A DNA stretch of 64,000 nucleotides from Sminthopsis crassicaudata. Taxonomy: Eukaryota. The notes under the pieces were generated by a model, which ran no database searches, was not told the DNA's origin, and saw only the letters and a program-made list of their open reading frames with translations. The stretch lies in assembly GCF_048593235.1 (NCBI RefSeq), contig NC_133617.1, positions 61,031,767 to 61,095,766 on the forward strand. The letters are read 5' to 3'. Within the stretch, counting starts at the first letter, position 1; each line of letters starts with the position of its first letter. A program made the position numbers and the translations under genes. Positions 38,463-51,100 of this stretch are shown piece by piece.

Positions 38463-41400
38463 AATGATTAAAACAACTTAAGAAAGTTTCATTAGCACCT
38501 AGAAAGGAAATCTCACCAATATGGCTCTCTGTTTTCCTATTCCTATTTCCTATTCTCTCATTCACGCACTCAGTGTTGCAACCACACATATGGAAGTCTG
38601 ACTCTCAGAATTATGGGATCATAGATTTAGAGTTGGAAGGACACCTAGAGGTCTTTTAGTACAAGCCCTTCTTATTTATGAGATAATGGATAGTATATTT
38701 CTATATGTATCAATAGATAGAATCTCTTCTATCACTGAGTAGCTATCCTGGGAAGTCACTTAACTCAGCTTCAATTTCTTCAACTGTAAAATAGGCATAA
38801 TAACAGTATCTACCTTCCAGAATTGATGTGAAGACTAATTGAGACAGTTTTTGTAAAGTGCTTACCATACTATCTGGCATATAATAGGTGCCTAATAAAG
38901 CTTCTTTCCTTCCTTTCTTACAGATGAGAAAATTGAGGCCTTGAGAGGCTGTAAATTACACCAGGTGACAAGATTGGGAGGGGTCAAAGTCTGGCTTCAA
39001 AACCAGGTCTCTTGACTTCCAACCCAGTGACCTTTTTAATGTCATGTGGTTATTTCTCAAATATAGAAGCACCAATCAGAACTAGAACAATAACAAGAGT
39101 GTGGGAGAATGTAGGCATGTGGAAGCCTCATAGCCAGCCTCATATACAAGAAAGATGTGACTATAGGCCAGGCAGGTGACCTTTGTGGTTGTTGTTTAGG
39201 CCTTTCAATACCAACCTATTCCTGACCCCATTTGGGATTTTCTTGGGAAAGATACTGAAGTGGCTTACAATTTCCTTTTCCAGTTCGTTTTACAGTTAGA
39301 CTAACTGAACAATAGGATTAAATGACTTGCTCAGGGTCAAATAGTTAGTCCATGTTTAAAGCTGAATTTGAATTCAGATCTTCCTAACTCCAGAGTTGAC
39401 ACTCTCTCCTCTATGGCACCCAGCTGCCCCTAGGGAGATTAATTTTTATACCAGGCCAGAGAGAATTTCTTATGATATCAACCAATTAATTGATGGAAAT
39501 GAGGAGTCACCAGTAGGACAATCAGAAGGATTGTAAGACATATGGCATCCTCAGAGGAAATCCAGATTTTCCCCCAGAGAGAGGGAGTGAAGAAATAATG
39601 ATTGAGAAGTCTCAGGATGAAGGGGTGTTTGTTAACAATAGAGCAGAGATTCCAAAGAGTCCAGTGGGGAGCTCTAGAAGATGTGGGATCAGATGGAGGG
39701 AAAACCATGCTGAATGGCATAGGGAGCAGGCTTCTAGAGGAAGCCATATGGGTGTTCTACATACCTTTGAGGTGTCATAACTGGATGATCAGGACTGGGG
39801 AGCCATATAAGCAGGGTACACCCTACTTAGGTAAATTATATTAATCAGCTTAAAGTGATAAGCCTCCCCCCAGTTTGAAGTAGAATTTAGAAATTTCTTG
39901 TTTCACATGATATTTCTTAAGAATTTCTCTTGTAGGTGTGTCTTGCTTCAGTGGTTTTAAAGCAATTGCCATGCATTCATCTATTTGACTAAGCACCCAC
40001 CCATCCATCCATCCTTTTACCCAGCCACCACTACCCAGTCATCCACCTACCCATCTGCCCACCCATCCACCCATGTATTCATCAATTCACCATCCACTTG
40101 CCCAGTATTTGAGTTGGACTTTTTCTTATCTCTAAGTTCAGAACTCTAACAATTTGACAGATATTTCTGACTTTGCATCCTTAATTGAGAAATTAAGTAA
40201 CTTAACTGTGGTTGCACAACTGGAATGTGTCACAGGCAAGGTCTTCCTAGTGTCATGTCCACATTTCCTATTCATCCCTCCATATCTCCTTTTGAAGCAT
40301 TACATAGATGTCAATGATTATTATTGTTTCCAAAGGGATGTTGCAAAATGTGCAAAATTTAATCAATTTTATCAGTCAACAAGTATTTGTTAATTACCTG
40401 TTATGTACCAGATGTGGTGATGGGCACTGGGGAAACATTCATTTGAAAAATGAAACAAATGTTCACTCACAAGAAACTTACATTCTAATGAGACCCACAA
40501 ATGTGTGTATATGTGTGTGTGAGTGTCTCTCTCTATAAAATCAGCATAAAGTAAGCAAATATATACAAAATATTCAAAGCCTAAGCTTCTAGCTGCCCAG
40601 TCTAAGGCAGTTTGACTTCCCTAGGGAATATGTATAAACATAAGAGAACCCAGATCAGCCCTCTGAGGAAAACCATCTAAGAAAACAGAGCCTCCTGGGA
40701 CTGCATTGCTCTGCTAGGAAAGGCTTTCCCTACTTCTTAGCTCAATGTCTACAGGTATTTCCAGGACAGGATTCCAAATAGGAATGTTCATTCCCAGGTT
40801 TAAGTCTCCTTGCTGTTGATTCATTTTTTTCAGGTTGCTTCAGAATGATAGAGAAAGAAAAGTTGGTGCCTTTATTCCCAGCTATGGAAACAAGTGCTGC
40901 CTCTTTCTTTCCATAGTTCAAGTCCCCTACCTCCCCGACCTTGGAAACCACTAATGGGATAACAGAATATGTATCAGGATCATCAGCATCCCAAAGGCAG
41001 CTTGGAGAGGACAAAAGTCTCCTAAGCAGGGGATGTGCAGCTGGTTGTGTCTTCCTTCCCATTCTTACTCATTCTTAGACAGCTGTGTTGCTCCAAGGAA
41101 AGCTGATGCCTCACATATGTGCTGCTTAGGGGATGTGGAAGGGAAGAATTGAGAGTGGAAAACATAGTGGCTCAGTAGGAGAGGGCAGAATGAGGATCCC
41201 AGGATGGTGAAGCTTTCTGTAGCTTCTGAAGCTTCCATAGTGATGGCAGGCTGAATGACCCCAAGTGACTGCAAAGGCAATAAGGGAGCTGTTGGAACTA
41301 CTTTCCAGGTAATTTTGTACACACGGAAATCTCATTCACTCAAGAACAGAAAATGTTGCTTATGGATTCACCCTGGTCACGGAATCCTGCTGTAGTTGAG

Positions 41401-42013
41401 CACTTATAAGTCTGGTATTTAAGAAAGACAAGACAACAGTAAACTGAGGTAAGACTGTGATGCTCCACAAAGAAGCAAGCACAGTTTCAATGTTGTTGGT
41501 GGATGGTGGGTATATTCCCTGCTTTAGCTCTTTGTCATCTCTGCTAGTATGTTACATTTGGAAAGATATCCAAAAAAATGATCAGCCAAATTAGGTGGCT
41601 CTTCTTTCCCTCTGGTGTTGCAGGCATTAATCTGCACTTGTACTTGGGACCCATGTCAGAGCCCAAGGTTTCACCTTTGATGACTGTAATTCAGAGCCAG
41701 GAGCAGATCATATTTGATTAGTCAGAAGTTCTTCTTTCCTATCCCTTGAAGGAACGCATCCCAGAATACTTCAGGCTTCTTTCTCTTCATTTCACCAAGG
41801 TTATTCTCTATCTAAGACCAAGTTTTTTCATCAACTTTGGGTCTGGCTAACTAAATTATTCTAGCAGTGTCAACATCAAATAAAAATGGTCCTACTAAAC
41901 CAAATAAAAAGCTTCTTGCAGGCTGCTTTATGAAGAATTGCTTTGTTTGTGCATCCAGACCACCCATTTCCTTGGCCATCTTTATAGTGTGTTCTATCCA
42001 TATGGCATGTGAT

Positions 42014-42093
42014 TCTTCCTTCCTTCCTTCCTTCCTTCCTTCCTTCCTTCCTTCCTTCCTTCCTTCCTTCCTTTTCTTCCTTCCTTCCTTCCT
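42014..42093. repeat. (CCTT)n microsatellite
   Basis: Direct reading; shorter copy at ~25751-25771. Confidence 0.92.
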
Positions 42094-42555
42094 TAATTCA
42101 TCATTGTACTGATCAGAGTCCTCAAGTCTTTCAAGATGTTTTTCTTTATAATGCTCTTGTTATTATTTAGTATTCTGTTCCTATTTACTTCACTCAGGAT
42201 CAGTTTATACAAATGTTCCCAGATTTTTCTGAAACCACCCACAATTCCTTATCAAACAATTATATTCATATTGGGACTTTATGCCTTGTGAAACAAACAA
42301 AACTGGATTGTTTGGGCCATCAGACAGATTCCTTGGTAGATGAACTGCATTCACTGAAGCACAGAGGCAAAGAGGTCCTAACTCAGGGAAGATGAACCTA
42401 AATTAGACAGGATATTTAGCAAGAGAAGAGTAAGACTGAGATAGTCAAAATGAATAGTAGGGTGGTACACCAAGCTTCATGGAGCAAACTTATTTTCTAG
42501 GTATGATGGAAGTTAAAATCTCCTTTCCTGTTTTATCTCCTTGTAGGCTCCTGGG

Positions 42556-43503
42556 ATGAAGTTGGAAAATGAGACATGGATAGTGAAAGAATTTGTGCTT
42601 GTGGGGTTTTCCAATCTTCCAGATCTGAAGGTTACTCTCTTCACTCTCTTCTTGCTCATGTACTTGATCACACTCAGTGGCAATGTCACTATCATTACCA
42701 TCATCTACCTGGATCACACCCTCCACACTCCCATGTATTGCTTCTTAGGGGTCCTGTCCCTCTCAGAGACTTGCTACACTCTGGTCACCATTCCCAACAT
42801 GCTGGCTCACCTGTTGATAGAGAACCATGTCATCTCCATTCCTAGTTGCCGGGCTCAAATGTTCTTTTTTATTGGCTTGAGCTGCAGTAATTGTTTCCTC
42901 CTCATCTTGATGGGCTATGACCGGTATGTGGCCATCTGCCACCCACTCCGTTATGCAGTGATCATGAGGCCGTCTGTTTGTCTCTATCTGGGAAGCCTGG
43001 TCTTCTGCTCTGGATTTCTGGTGGCTGTCACTGAGACTTGTCTGATATTCTCCTCCTCCTTTTGCCACAGCAACCGAGTGGAACACTTCTTCTGTGACAT
43101 TGCCCCTGTTCTCAAACTTAGTTGTACTCAGAGTGCAGCCAAGGCCTTGATTATCTTCTTCTTCAGTGTGATCATGGTGCTGGCCTCCTTCCTCCTCATT
43201 CTGCTCTCATATGCCTTCATTGTGGCTGCCATTGTGAAGATCCCTTCTGCTGCTAGACGGCGCAAAGCCTTCTCCACTTGTGTGTCCCATCTCACAGTGG
43301 TCATTGTGCACTTTGGATGTGCCTCTATAATTTATCTGAGACCAAAGTCAGGGAACAACCCAGATCAGGACCGAATGGTGGCCGTGTTCTACACAGTGGT
43401 TACCCCATTGCTCAACCCTGTGGTGTACACCCTACGTAACAAGGAGGTCAGAGTAGTACTAAAGAGGACCTTGGGTCGCAAACTGAGGACCCATAATGAC
43501 TAA
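42556..43503 (+). CDS. Olfactory receptor, class II family-10 type, copy 3 (315 aa, intact)
   Basis: Same OR motifs; 15 aa differences from copy 2 and 19 from copy 1; acceptor AG at 42545-42546. Confidence 0.98.
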   Translation: MKLENETWIVKEFVLVGFSNLPDLKVTLFTLFLLMYLITLSGNVTIITIIYLDHTLHTPMYCFLGVLSLSETCYTLVTIPNMLAHLLIENHVISIPSCRAQMFFFIGLSCSNCFLLILMGYDRYVAICHPLRYAVIMRPSVCLYLGSLVFCSGFLVAVTETCLIFSSSFCHSNRVEHFFCDIAPVLKLSCTQSAAKALIIFFFSVIMVLASFLLILLSYAFIVAAIVKIPSAARRRKAFSTCVSHLTVVIVHFGCASIIYLRPKSGNNPDQDRMVAVFYTVVTPLLNPVVYTLRNKEVRVVLKRTLGRKLRTHND

Positions 43504-44082
43504 TTACTAGGATGAGATTACAAGAAGTAACAAAGCAATACTCCAATTTCAAAAGGGACTCATGTACCCAAATTCAATTTGGTTGACAACTTCAATTGTT
43601 CCAAAGTTCCAAAGTCATATCTCAGTCAACTTAACTGGAGACCACTCTAAGACCACAACTTAATTGGAGATCAGGCTTCTCAATTGCTTATTTCTAAATC
43701 CACTCCCCATAATTCTAGAAGGGTTCACCTCAGCAGATCATGCAGTTGTATAGTCTACTCCTGCATCCATATATTCCAAATTAATTAGCTTTGAAAGTGG
43801 CTTTGTTGAAGGATGTCATCAATGCCCATAGCTTCCTCTACTTTCTTGCCATAATTTCATTGGCTTGGGCATATGAACCACTAAGGGATCCAGGATGACT
43901 GTGCTTCATGCCAAGCAGTTCAGAAAATCTTTGGAAGAAGAGAAGCACTCTTTACCAGCTTTAATTCAGTGGGTGTGAAGATAGGCACAATGGAGTTTGA
44001 ATTCATTTCAACTCTTCCCCCTCTTCCCCATCAGAACAGAAAAAGAACATGAAAGTGTAAAAATTTAAGTAATAATTTTTAA

Positions 44083-46336
44083 AATTTTAATTGTTTGATT
44101 GATTGTATCTAACTAAAATTATGACACAAGTGAGCCCCTACTAATGTTTTTATCTTTTGTAAGTTAGCCAAAGGAAAGGATTAATTCAAACCCAAGGTAT
44201 TTAATAAAATAACATAAAAAATAAAGAAATAATAAATATTTCCCTCATCAGTCTGAGGTAAATTCATAAATCCACAATTCAATTCAATCTTCAATTCTGT
44301 TCCATCAACAAGCATTGACTGAGTACATACTATGTGCTAGGGAATAAGGATGCAGTGATAAAAATAAGACAATCCCTACCATCAAACAGTTTGTATTCTA
44401 CAAATACTATCCATGGAAAGAATAGAGTTATATGGGGAACACATGGAGAGAAGTGTCACACATGCAGGGATCATGAGTGGCCATGATATGTGCATTGAAA
44501 AGCATACTCATAGAAAACACATGTGACTAAAGTACACACTGAGGGACAACTCACAACTCAAGGCTACTGATGGCCTTGTCTACACATTCTGCCTGCTGGC
44601 CCTGCAACCAGTGACACTTTGTGGCATGAAATCTTTGTGAGATGCACAGTCTCTGCCAGTTTTGAACTCTATTGGTCCCTAGTGCCATCACTGCTAGCTC
44701 CATTGGAAATGAAGTTATGAGATTCTTCTCTATCTCTAGCTTGTGTCTTCAGCCAGAAGGTTACTCTTTCCTCAGAAGCAGTCAGTCAACAGATATTTCT
44801 TAAATATCTAAGGGCCAAGCCCTGGGGAAAAGGTAAAAAAAACAAGGTAATAGCACCTAGGGGTAGGGGTGGGGTGAGGAACCATCAACAAAGCAAGCTA
44901 GGATTTGAGCTATTTTGGAAGAAATTACTCTTAAAGGCAAATGACTGGTTCTCTACTATGCCTCTTTTAACTTTTCTATGCTATAACAACCTGAGAAAAC
45001 TAAAATTATGCTGTTATCATTTAATAATTGATTTTATTCTGTAATCAACCCTTATTTTCCATTTTGTCAAACTCTATTTCTCAGTTAAGCTTAGAAATGT
45101 GTTCTCTCCCAGCAAGACATGATCAAATGACACTGTCACCCCCTTTGACTTAGCCCCAGGGGCATCTGTTTTTCATAAAAAAACCAGTATTTGGTTGAGT
45201 CCCTCTCCAATGGACAGTTGTCTCTTCTTGTAAATGTAGGAGTAGTTTGGTTTCTCCAAAGGGATGGCTAATCTTGTGGTTCTGACTGGGGTGGTTCTAA
45301 CTTCTAGCCGAGATTACTATAAACCATTGAAACCAATTAAGGTTCTTTCATTGTTTCATGATGTGACCATTCTCCACATCTGAAAAACAAGCCACCTTTT
45401 CCTGGTGAAGCTAATTGAGATATTTGCCAACCAAGGAGAAGTCCTCCCTTTTTATAGCTCAATAAAAAGGGTTTCCCCTATCCTTTTGATGAGGTTTAGA
45501 TTTATAGAACCAAAATGAAATTAGGGTTTCTGGTGGTCAGGGACTTAAATGATAAGGTCTAGTGGCAGGTTGGGTGTTCAGGGAGCCAAATGGAGAGGTT
45601 TGGCTCTCCTGCACCTCCTTGGGATTTGGTGCAAGGATAGGGGGTTTTGGGGACTCCCTTCTAAGGCAGCACAGAGGTTCTCTGTAAAGGAATTTACAGA
45701 CCTGAAAACCTGGATTGATAAAAGAGATTTATTACGGGGATTTGAAGTAAGGTTAAAATCTGGTTAGGGAAATAGGTGAGGGTAAAGAGCCGATAGCACT
45801 GGAAAGAATATTCCAGTGGACAGAGGTCTTTGGCATGCCAAACATAGCATAGCATGGCATATTTGGAACATCTACAAAGAGAGGATTTTAGTTTGGCTCT
45901 TTTTATAATGTGAGATTTAGCTAAAGAGAGCCTGTGGGTGGTGTCCCAAGTTGGCTCCTCACAGGGTTTCAGCTAAAGCTAGAATTTGAATTAAATTCAA
46001 TGAGTTTCAGGACTGAGTTGACCCACCCAGATAACAAAGATGAAACTGTTTGTCCTTTGGAGCAGGGTCCCTCACTGAGGGAGAGTTAAAGGAGATTTTC
46101 TTCTTTAAGGATTTTCAGACTATACAACTGCATGATCTGTTGAGATAGGCCTTCTAGAATTATAGGGAGGGGGATTTAGAGATAAGCAATTGAGAAGCCT
46201 GATCTCCAATTAAGTTGTGGTCTTAGAGTGGTCTCCAGTTAACTAAGATCTGACTTTGGAACTTGGGACAATTAAAGTTGTTGACCCAACTGAATTTGGA
46301 TAAGTGAGTTCCTTTTGAAATTGGAATATTGCTTTG
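44083..46336 (-). repeat. Inverted block of OR 3' flank sequence
   Basis: Reverse complement of unit-2 28352-29787 and 27210-27428, with an LTR between the two parts. Confidence 0.9.
45487..46117 (-). mobile_element. Solo ERV LTR (~631 bp)
   Basis: TG..CA termini; minus-strand TATA (~45905) followed by AATAAA (~45728); absent from units 1 and 2; no TSD. Confidence 0.75.
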
Positions 46337-49039
46337 GAAGCTAAGGAAACCACTATTAGTTTCAAAAAAGGAAAAAGAGATTTATGAGACATTGGAATAT
46401 GACATCTTTTCTCTTTCTTTGTTATTGGGAGCGACTTATTGTTGGTTATACAAAAAGGTAATAGAAAGTGGCTATGGGTAGACTCTAACTTTGTTCTTCC
46501 TTTGAAATCCAATAGCCATTGATTCTGCTAATCTAGGTCATAGGTTCCCAAGTTAGAGAGACTTTACATTAGCCTTTTGTGACAGTTGGACTTTGTAGTC
46601 CCTTTCCACCATGTGAGTGGACAATGGCAAATGTGGGGGGTTGGATCCATATTTTGTCAGCATCCACTATTTATACCTCTATATTACCACTAGAACTAGT
46701 GGTAGGATTGCTGAAGCTAGATTGTGACTGGTAACAGTAGTCATGCCTTAAAACCCTGCCTTGTGATTAGGACCAATGGAAAAAGAAACCAGATCAAAGT
46801 GGAAACAGAAGCAGAAGCCTCTGACCACTTGACTAGTGGCTCAAGTATAGTAGCATCTTGTGGGAAATTCACATACTGCATTCCCTTTTTGGAGAATTAA
46901 TAATGTGACACCTTATTTTCCTATATGCTTAAGTAAGGCAGCATACAAACTGATGTGGACTTTATATGTCTAACATAATACCCAAGTGTCACATGGGGTA
47001 CATCAAATGACATGTAGCCTATAACTATGCACATTTAAAAATAGTTAAAAATAATTTGTCATTAAAATAATACACTGGTAAAATAAAATTTAACATGTGA
47101 GTTAATGTTTGAAGATTTAATTGACAGAATGCTTAGCAGCAGAACAAGATGGGCATTCAAAAATCCAGGGAAATAGTCAAGAAGGTGATTTTTGAAGACA
47201 ATCAGATGACAATATATGATAAATAAGCAGATAAAGGAGAACCATACAAACGAAAGGAATTTTTCCTTTCAAATATGGTGGCTTTCAAGCTGCTTTTTCT
47301 TTGATCAGTAGCCAATTCCAACTTGGGTCAAATTTGAGAAGCATAGGTAGAAGCCCATAGATAAGACACAAAACTTTTCCAATATGAGATTCTGTGATTT
47401 AATGATTTCATTTCCTTTGCAAGCCCTCATTATAAGCAAGTTATTTAGAATGCAAGTTCTTTTAGAATAAGGTTGAAGTCATGCTTCATTCTCCAGACTT
47501 TACCACCATGCTTCAGCTATTTTCTCCCGATGATTAAGTTCCTATGTGCAAAGTCAACCACAGATACAGTCAGTGTGATTGATCCCAGGACCATGGGATC
47601 ATGACCTTATAGACTGGATATTTTTCTCTTCCAGAGAGTTAAAGAATGATGACTCCCTGAAGTTCAATCACTTCCTTAAAAAGGTAGCAGTCTTGGATCC
47701 ACTAAAATGAAGCAATTACTTAATGTTTGATGTGGGGCTAAGAATGAGTCACTTCTTGTGTGGGTGAGTCAAATACCTGTGAATCTCTTGGTATTTAATT
47801 GAGTGAGATGACAGTAAGTATCTGGAGCTTGTACCATCCCTGAAAATGAAGTTTGGCATAGTTCTGTAGGCCTCCTCAGAAGACCCTCAACTGTTTGAAA
47901 AGCAGTAGCACTTTACAACTTAAAGATGACTTTCACATCTATGGCCTCATTAGATCCTTATGAAAATCTGATGGAATTTGAACAGGTCATTACTTGTCCA
48001 AGATTCGCTTCATAGTGGAGCTCCGGGATCTCTTTACTCAAAGACAGCCAGTGGGTTTTTTTTTTTTTTTTTATCCTATTATACTTCCCCTAACACTAGT
48101 CCATTTGATATTCTATCATCAATCAATTAATCTACAAGGATTTATTAAGCTCTATGTGCCAAGCTTAGTGCTAGGGATGTAAATTTAAAAAAAAACCCAT
48201 AAAATCAAATATCTGGGGGATATTGTGTAAAATTGACACAGAGAAAGTTTTTCCTTCTTTACTTCATCTCTCAGTTTCCTCCTCCATAAAATGAGAGGAT
48301 TGTGTTAGTCGATCTCTAAGGTTCCTTGGGGGCACTTAAGTGGTGCAGTGGATACAGTATTTGGTCCAGAGTTGGGAAGATCTGAGTTAAAATCTGGCCT
48401 CAGACACTTACTAGCTGTGGGACCCTGCGCAAGTCACTCAGCCCTATTTGCCTCAATTTCCTCATATGTGGTCACAAAAAGTTAGAACTGAAATGACTAG
48501 GACAACAAGGTCATTTAAAATTCTATAGTTCTATAAGTGGGATTTATTTTTCTCTTTTAACAGGCTATATATAAAAAGTCAGACATGAGTTTATAAATCA
48601 TGTATTAGACATGGAAGGGACCCTCTGAGAGTATCTAGCCTGTCCTTTCCCAAATCATAAATCTCATCCATAATAACTAAACTAGCTGTCACCCATTCTC
48701 AGTGTAAAGGCATCTAGTTGCTACTAGGCAGAAAGAGCACTAAGCCTAAAGTCAGCAAAATCTAAGTTCAGATCTAGCTTCAGATACTCACTAGCTAAAT
48801 GACCTGGGCAAGTCATTTAAACTCTAACTTAAGTTTCCTCATATGTAAAATGGGGTTAATAATAGCATCTATCTCTTAGGGTTATTATGAAAATTCAAAT
48901 GAGAAAATAATCATAAAGTGCTTAGCACAGTACCTAGCACATGGTAAGAGCTATATAAATGTTAACTATTATCACTATTATTGTTATTGTTATTACTTTT
49001 CAGAGCAACCCATTCCACTCACAGCTTCAATTGTTGATA

Positions 49040-49270
49040 ATAATTGTTGTTGTTCAATTGTTTTTCAGTTATACTCAAGTCTTTGTGACTCCATTTGGGC
49101 TTTTCTTGGCAAAAATACTGGAGCTATTTGCTATTTCCTTTTCTAGCTCATTTTATAGATGAAGTAACTGAGACAAACAGGATTAAGTGACTTGCCCAGG
49201 GTTACACAGATAGTTAAGTATCTGAGGCCAGATTTGAACTCAAGAAGATGAGTTGACTCTAGGCCCAACA
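49040..49270 (-). mobile_element. MIR/MAR1-type SINE
   Basis: ttgttgttcaattg..gtgacttgcccagggttacacag..gaggccagatttgaactc. Confidence 0.75.
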
Positions 49271-49280
49271 CTTAGGGTTT

Positions 49281-49350
49281 CCTTACTATTACTACTACTA
49301 CTACTATTATTACTATTACTACTACTACTACTATTAGTAATAATAATAAT
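49281..49350. repeat. (TAC)n/(TAT)/(TAA) trinucleotide microsatellite
   Basis: Direct reading. Confidence 0.9.
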
Positions 49351-50146
49351 CATTGACATTTTTATGCAGCTCTTTAATATTTGTGAAATACCTTACCTAC
49401 ATTATCTCAAAGGAAATTTTTCCTTATATTGAATCAAAAATCTAATAGCTGGTTCTACTCCCTGAGACCAGGAAGAACAAGAATTCCTACTGTACTGGCC
49501 AATGCAGTGGTCGAGGTATTCTCCTATCTGTTGGAAGTAAATCTGTGTGTCCTGATTTAGTTAATATTGTTCAATCTTCAGAAAGAAAGAAAGAGAGGAA
49601 AAAGAAGAATTTTCTGATAGAAATTCTGGAAACATTTAACATGGAAAAACTGAGCATTTGAGGTGGTATCTGATTGAACACTAGAAGGTAGAGCAAGGAT
49701 TTCCTTGCCCAACCCAGTTTTTCTAATTATGAAACTCTAGTGAACCTCCCACAATCTTTCTTTTACTATCTCATAATTCATTCTCATTAAAATCTCCAGG
49801 GCATGGCATGTCTCCTTTTTGTTTTTGTTTTAATTTGTTTCAGCAAACATATGATAGGTACTTACTATGTACAAGGAGACTAGAATAAGAAGTAAGCTCA
49901 GTTCTTATATAATTTACATTCTCTTAGCTGAGAGTGAAGGGAATATAATATGTTCGATAATGGAGACATCTAGACAAAGTGTTCTAGGGAAATTTGAACA
50001 GGGAGAGAACATTTTCAACCAAGAGAATTAGAGAAGGCTTCATGGAGGAGATGACACATGAACTAAACCTTGAAAGAAAAAAAAAAGTCTTTTTTATGCA
50101 TTAGAGTAAAGAGTGAGTAGATTTCAAACATGGGAGACTACATACA

Positions 50147-51100
50147 CAAGACTTCTTGTGTAATGTGGTTGGAGCCATTGTCCATGCCAACTCTCAAGGC
50201 ATCCACTACAGAATCACATTTGCCATCGATAACTTGGAGGTTTTTATATTTCTTCTTGATGTGGTTGATCATGTTAATTTGGAAAATAGTTTCCTTGGGA
50301 AGCGTCCAGAACAACCACATCGACGCCGGCCTGAGCCAGCAAGTCAAGCCGATACCTGTCGTCCTAATCCGTACAAAAGTTGCTTCTTGGTGTCCTTAGA
50401 TGCCAGGGGGTACTGATTCTTCTTCAGGTCCTTGTGGGCAATGATGGCTACTAGCTCATCATCCTCATTCACAGTGGGTAGCTTCCCTTTCTTGCTCCAC
50501 TGCAAAATTTCACTGGTTTCCTTTAGTGGGACTCATGCAGGAGCTACCACTAGATCTAGTAATGATCTGGCTCAGGAGACAGTCATATTCCTCCTCCTCC
50601 TTGAGAAAGTCTATGTCACAAGAGAGATGATGCTCACTAGGAGGCTGCCCATCTTGCCTTTGACTGTGACTGGAATTTCACAGAAGCCATGCCTTGCCTT
50701 GGCTTCAAACACATCTCTGACTTGATCTTTGGGGCTCAGTACCATAGGATCAGTGATGAAGCTCTGCTCACAATTCTTCACTTTATGCACCTCATTGACC
50801 TGGAAATTCTGGGGTGCATTTGTGAGAGATAAAGCCAATAATACCCTCTTGTCAGTGCTATGGTGATAGCCATCCCAGCTTCAGTGATTGTGTCCATTGG
50901 GGATGAAACAAATGAGATGTTTAGGGTGATCTTGGTAATTGCTGAAGTGAAGTCTACTTGGTCTTCTGTGAAGTCTAAGAAGCCCAAGAAGACAAGGAAA
51001 TCATTGTAAGTGAACCCATCTCCACATTGAAAAGTTGCTGTGCCTTGAGCCCATTGTCTAGGGTAAAATAAGTGCTACTGCTGCTGAAATAGTTTGCCAT
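50147..51100 (-). pseudogene. IMPDH2: Processed pseudogene of inosine-5'-monophosphate dehydrogenase 2, codons ~1-337 only
   Basis: Intronless; frames give [64 protein letters not shown] (IMPDH2-type, not IMPDH1), [26 protein letters not shown]; frameshifts and a ~30-nt deletion. Confidence 0.95.

Larger units (their letters stand above)
31166..47202. repeat. Tandem segmental duplication unit 3 (contains OR copy 3)
   Basis: Colinear with unit 2 except the rearranged 3' flank; homology ends at ~47202. Confidence 0.9.
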
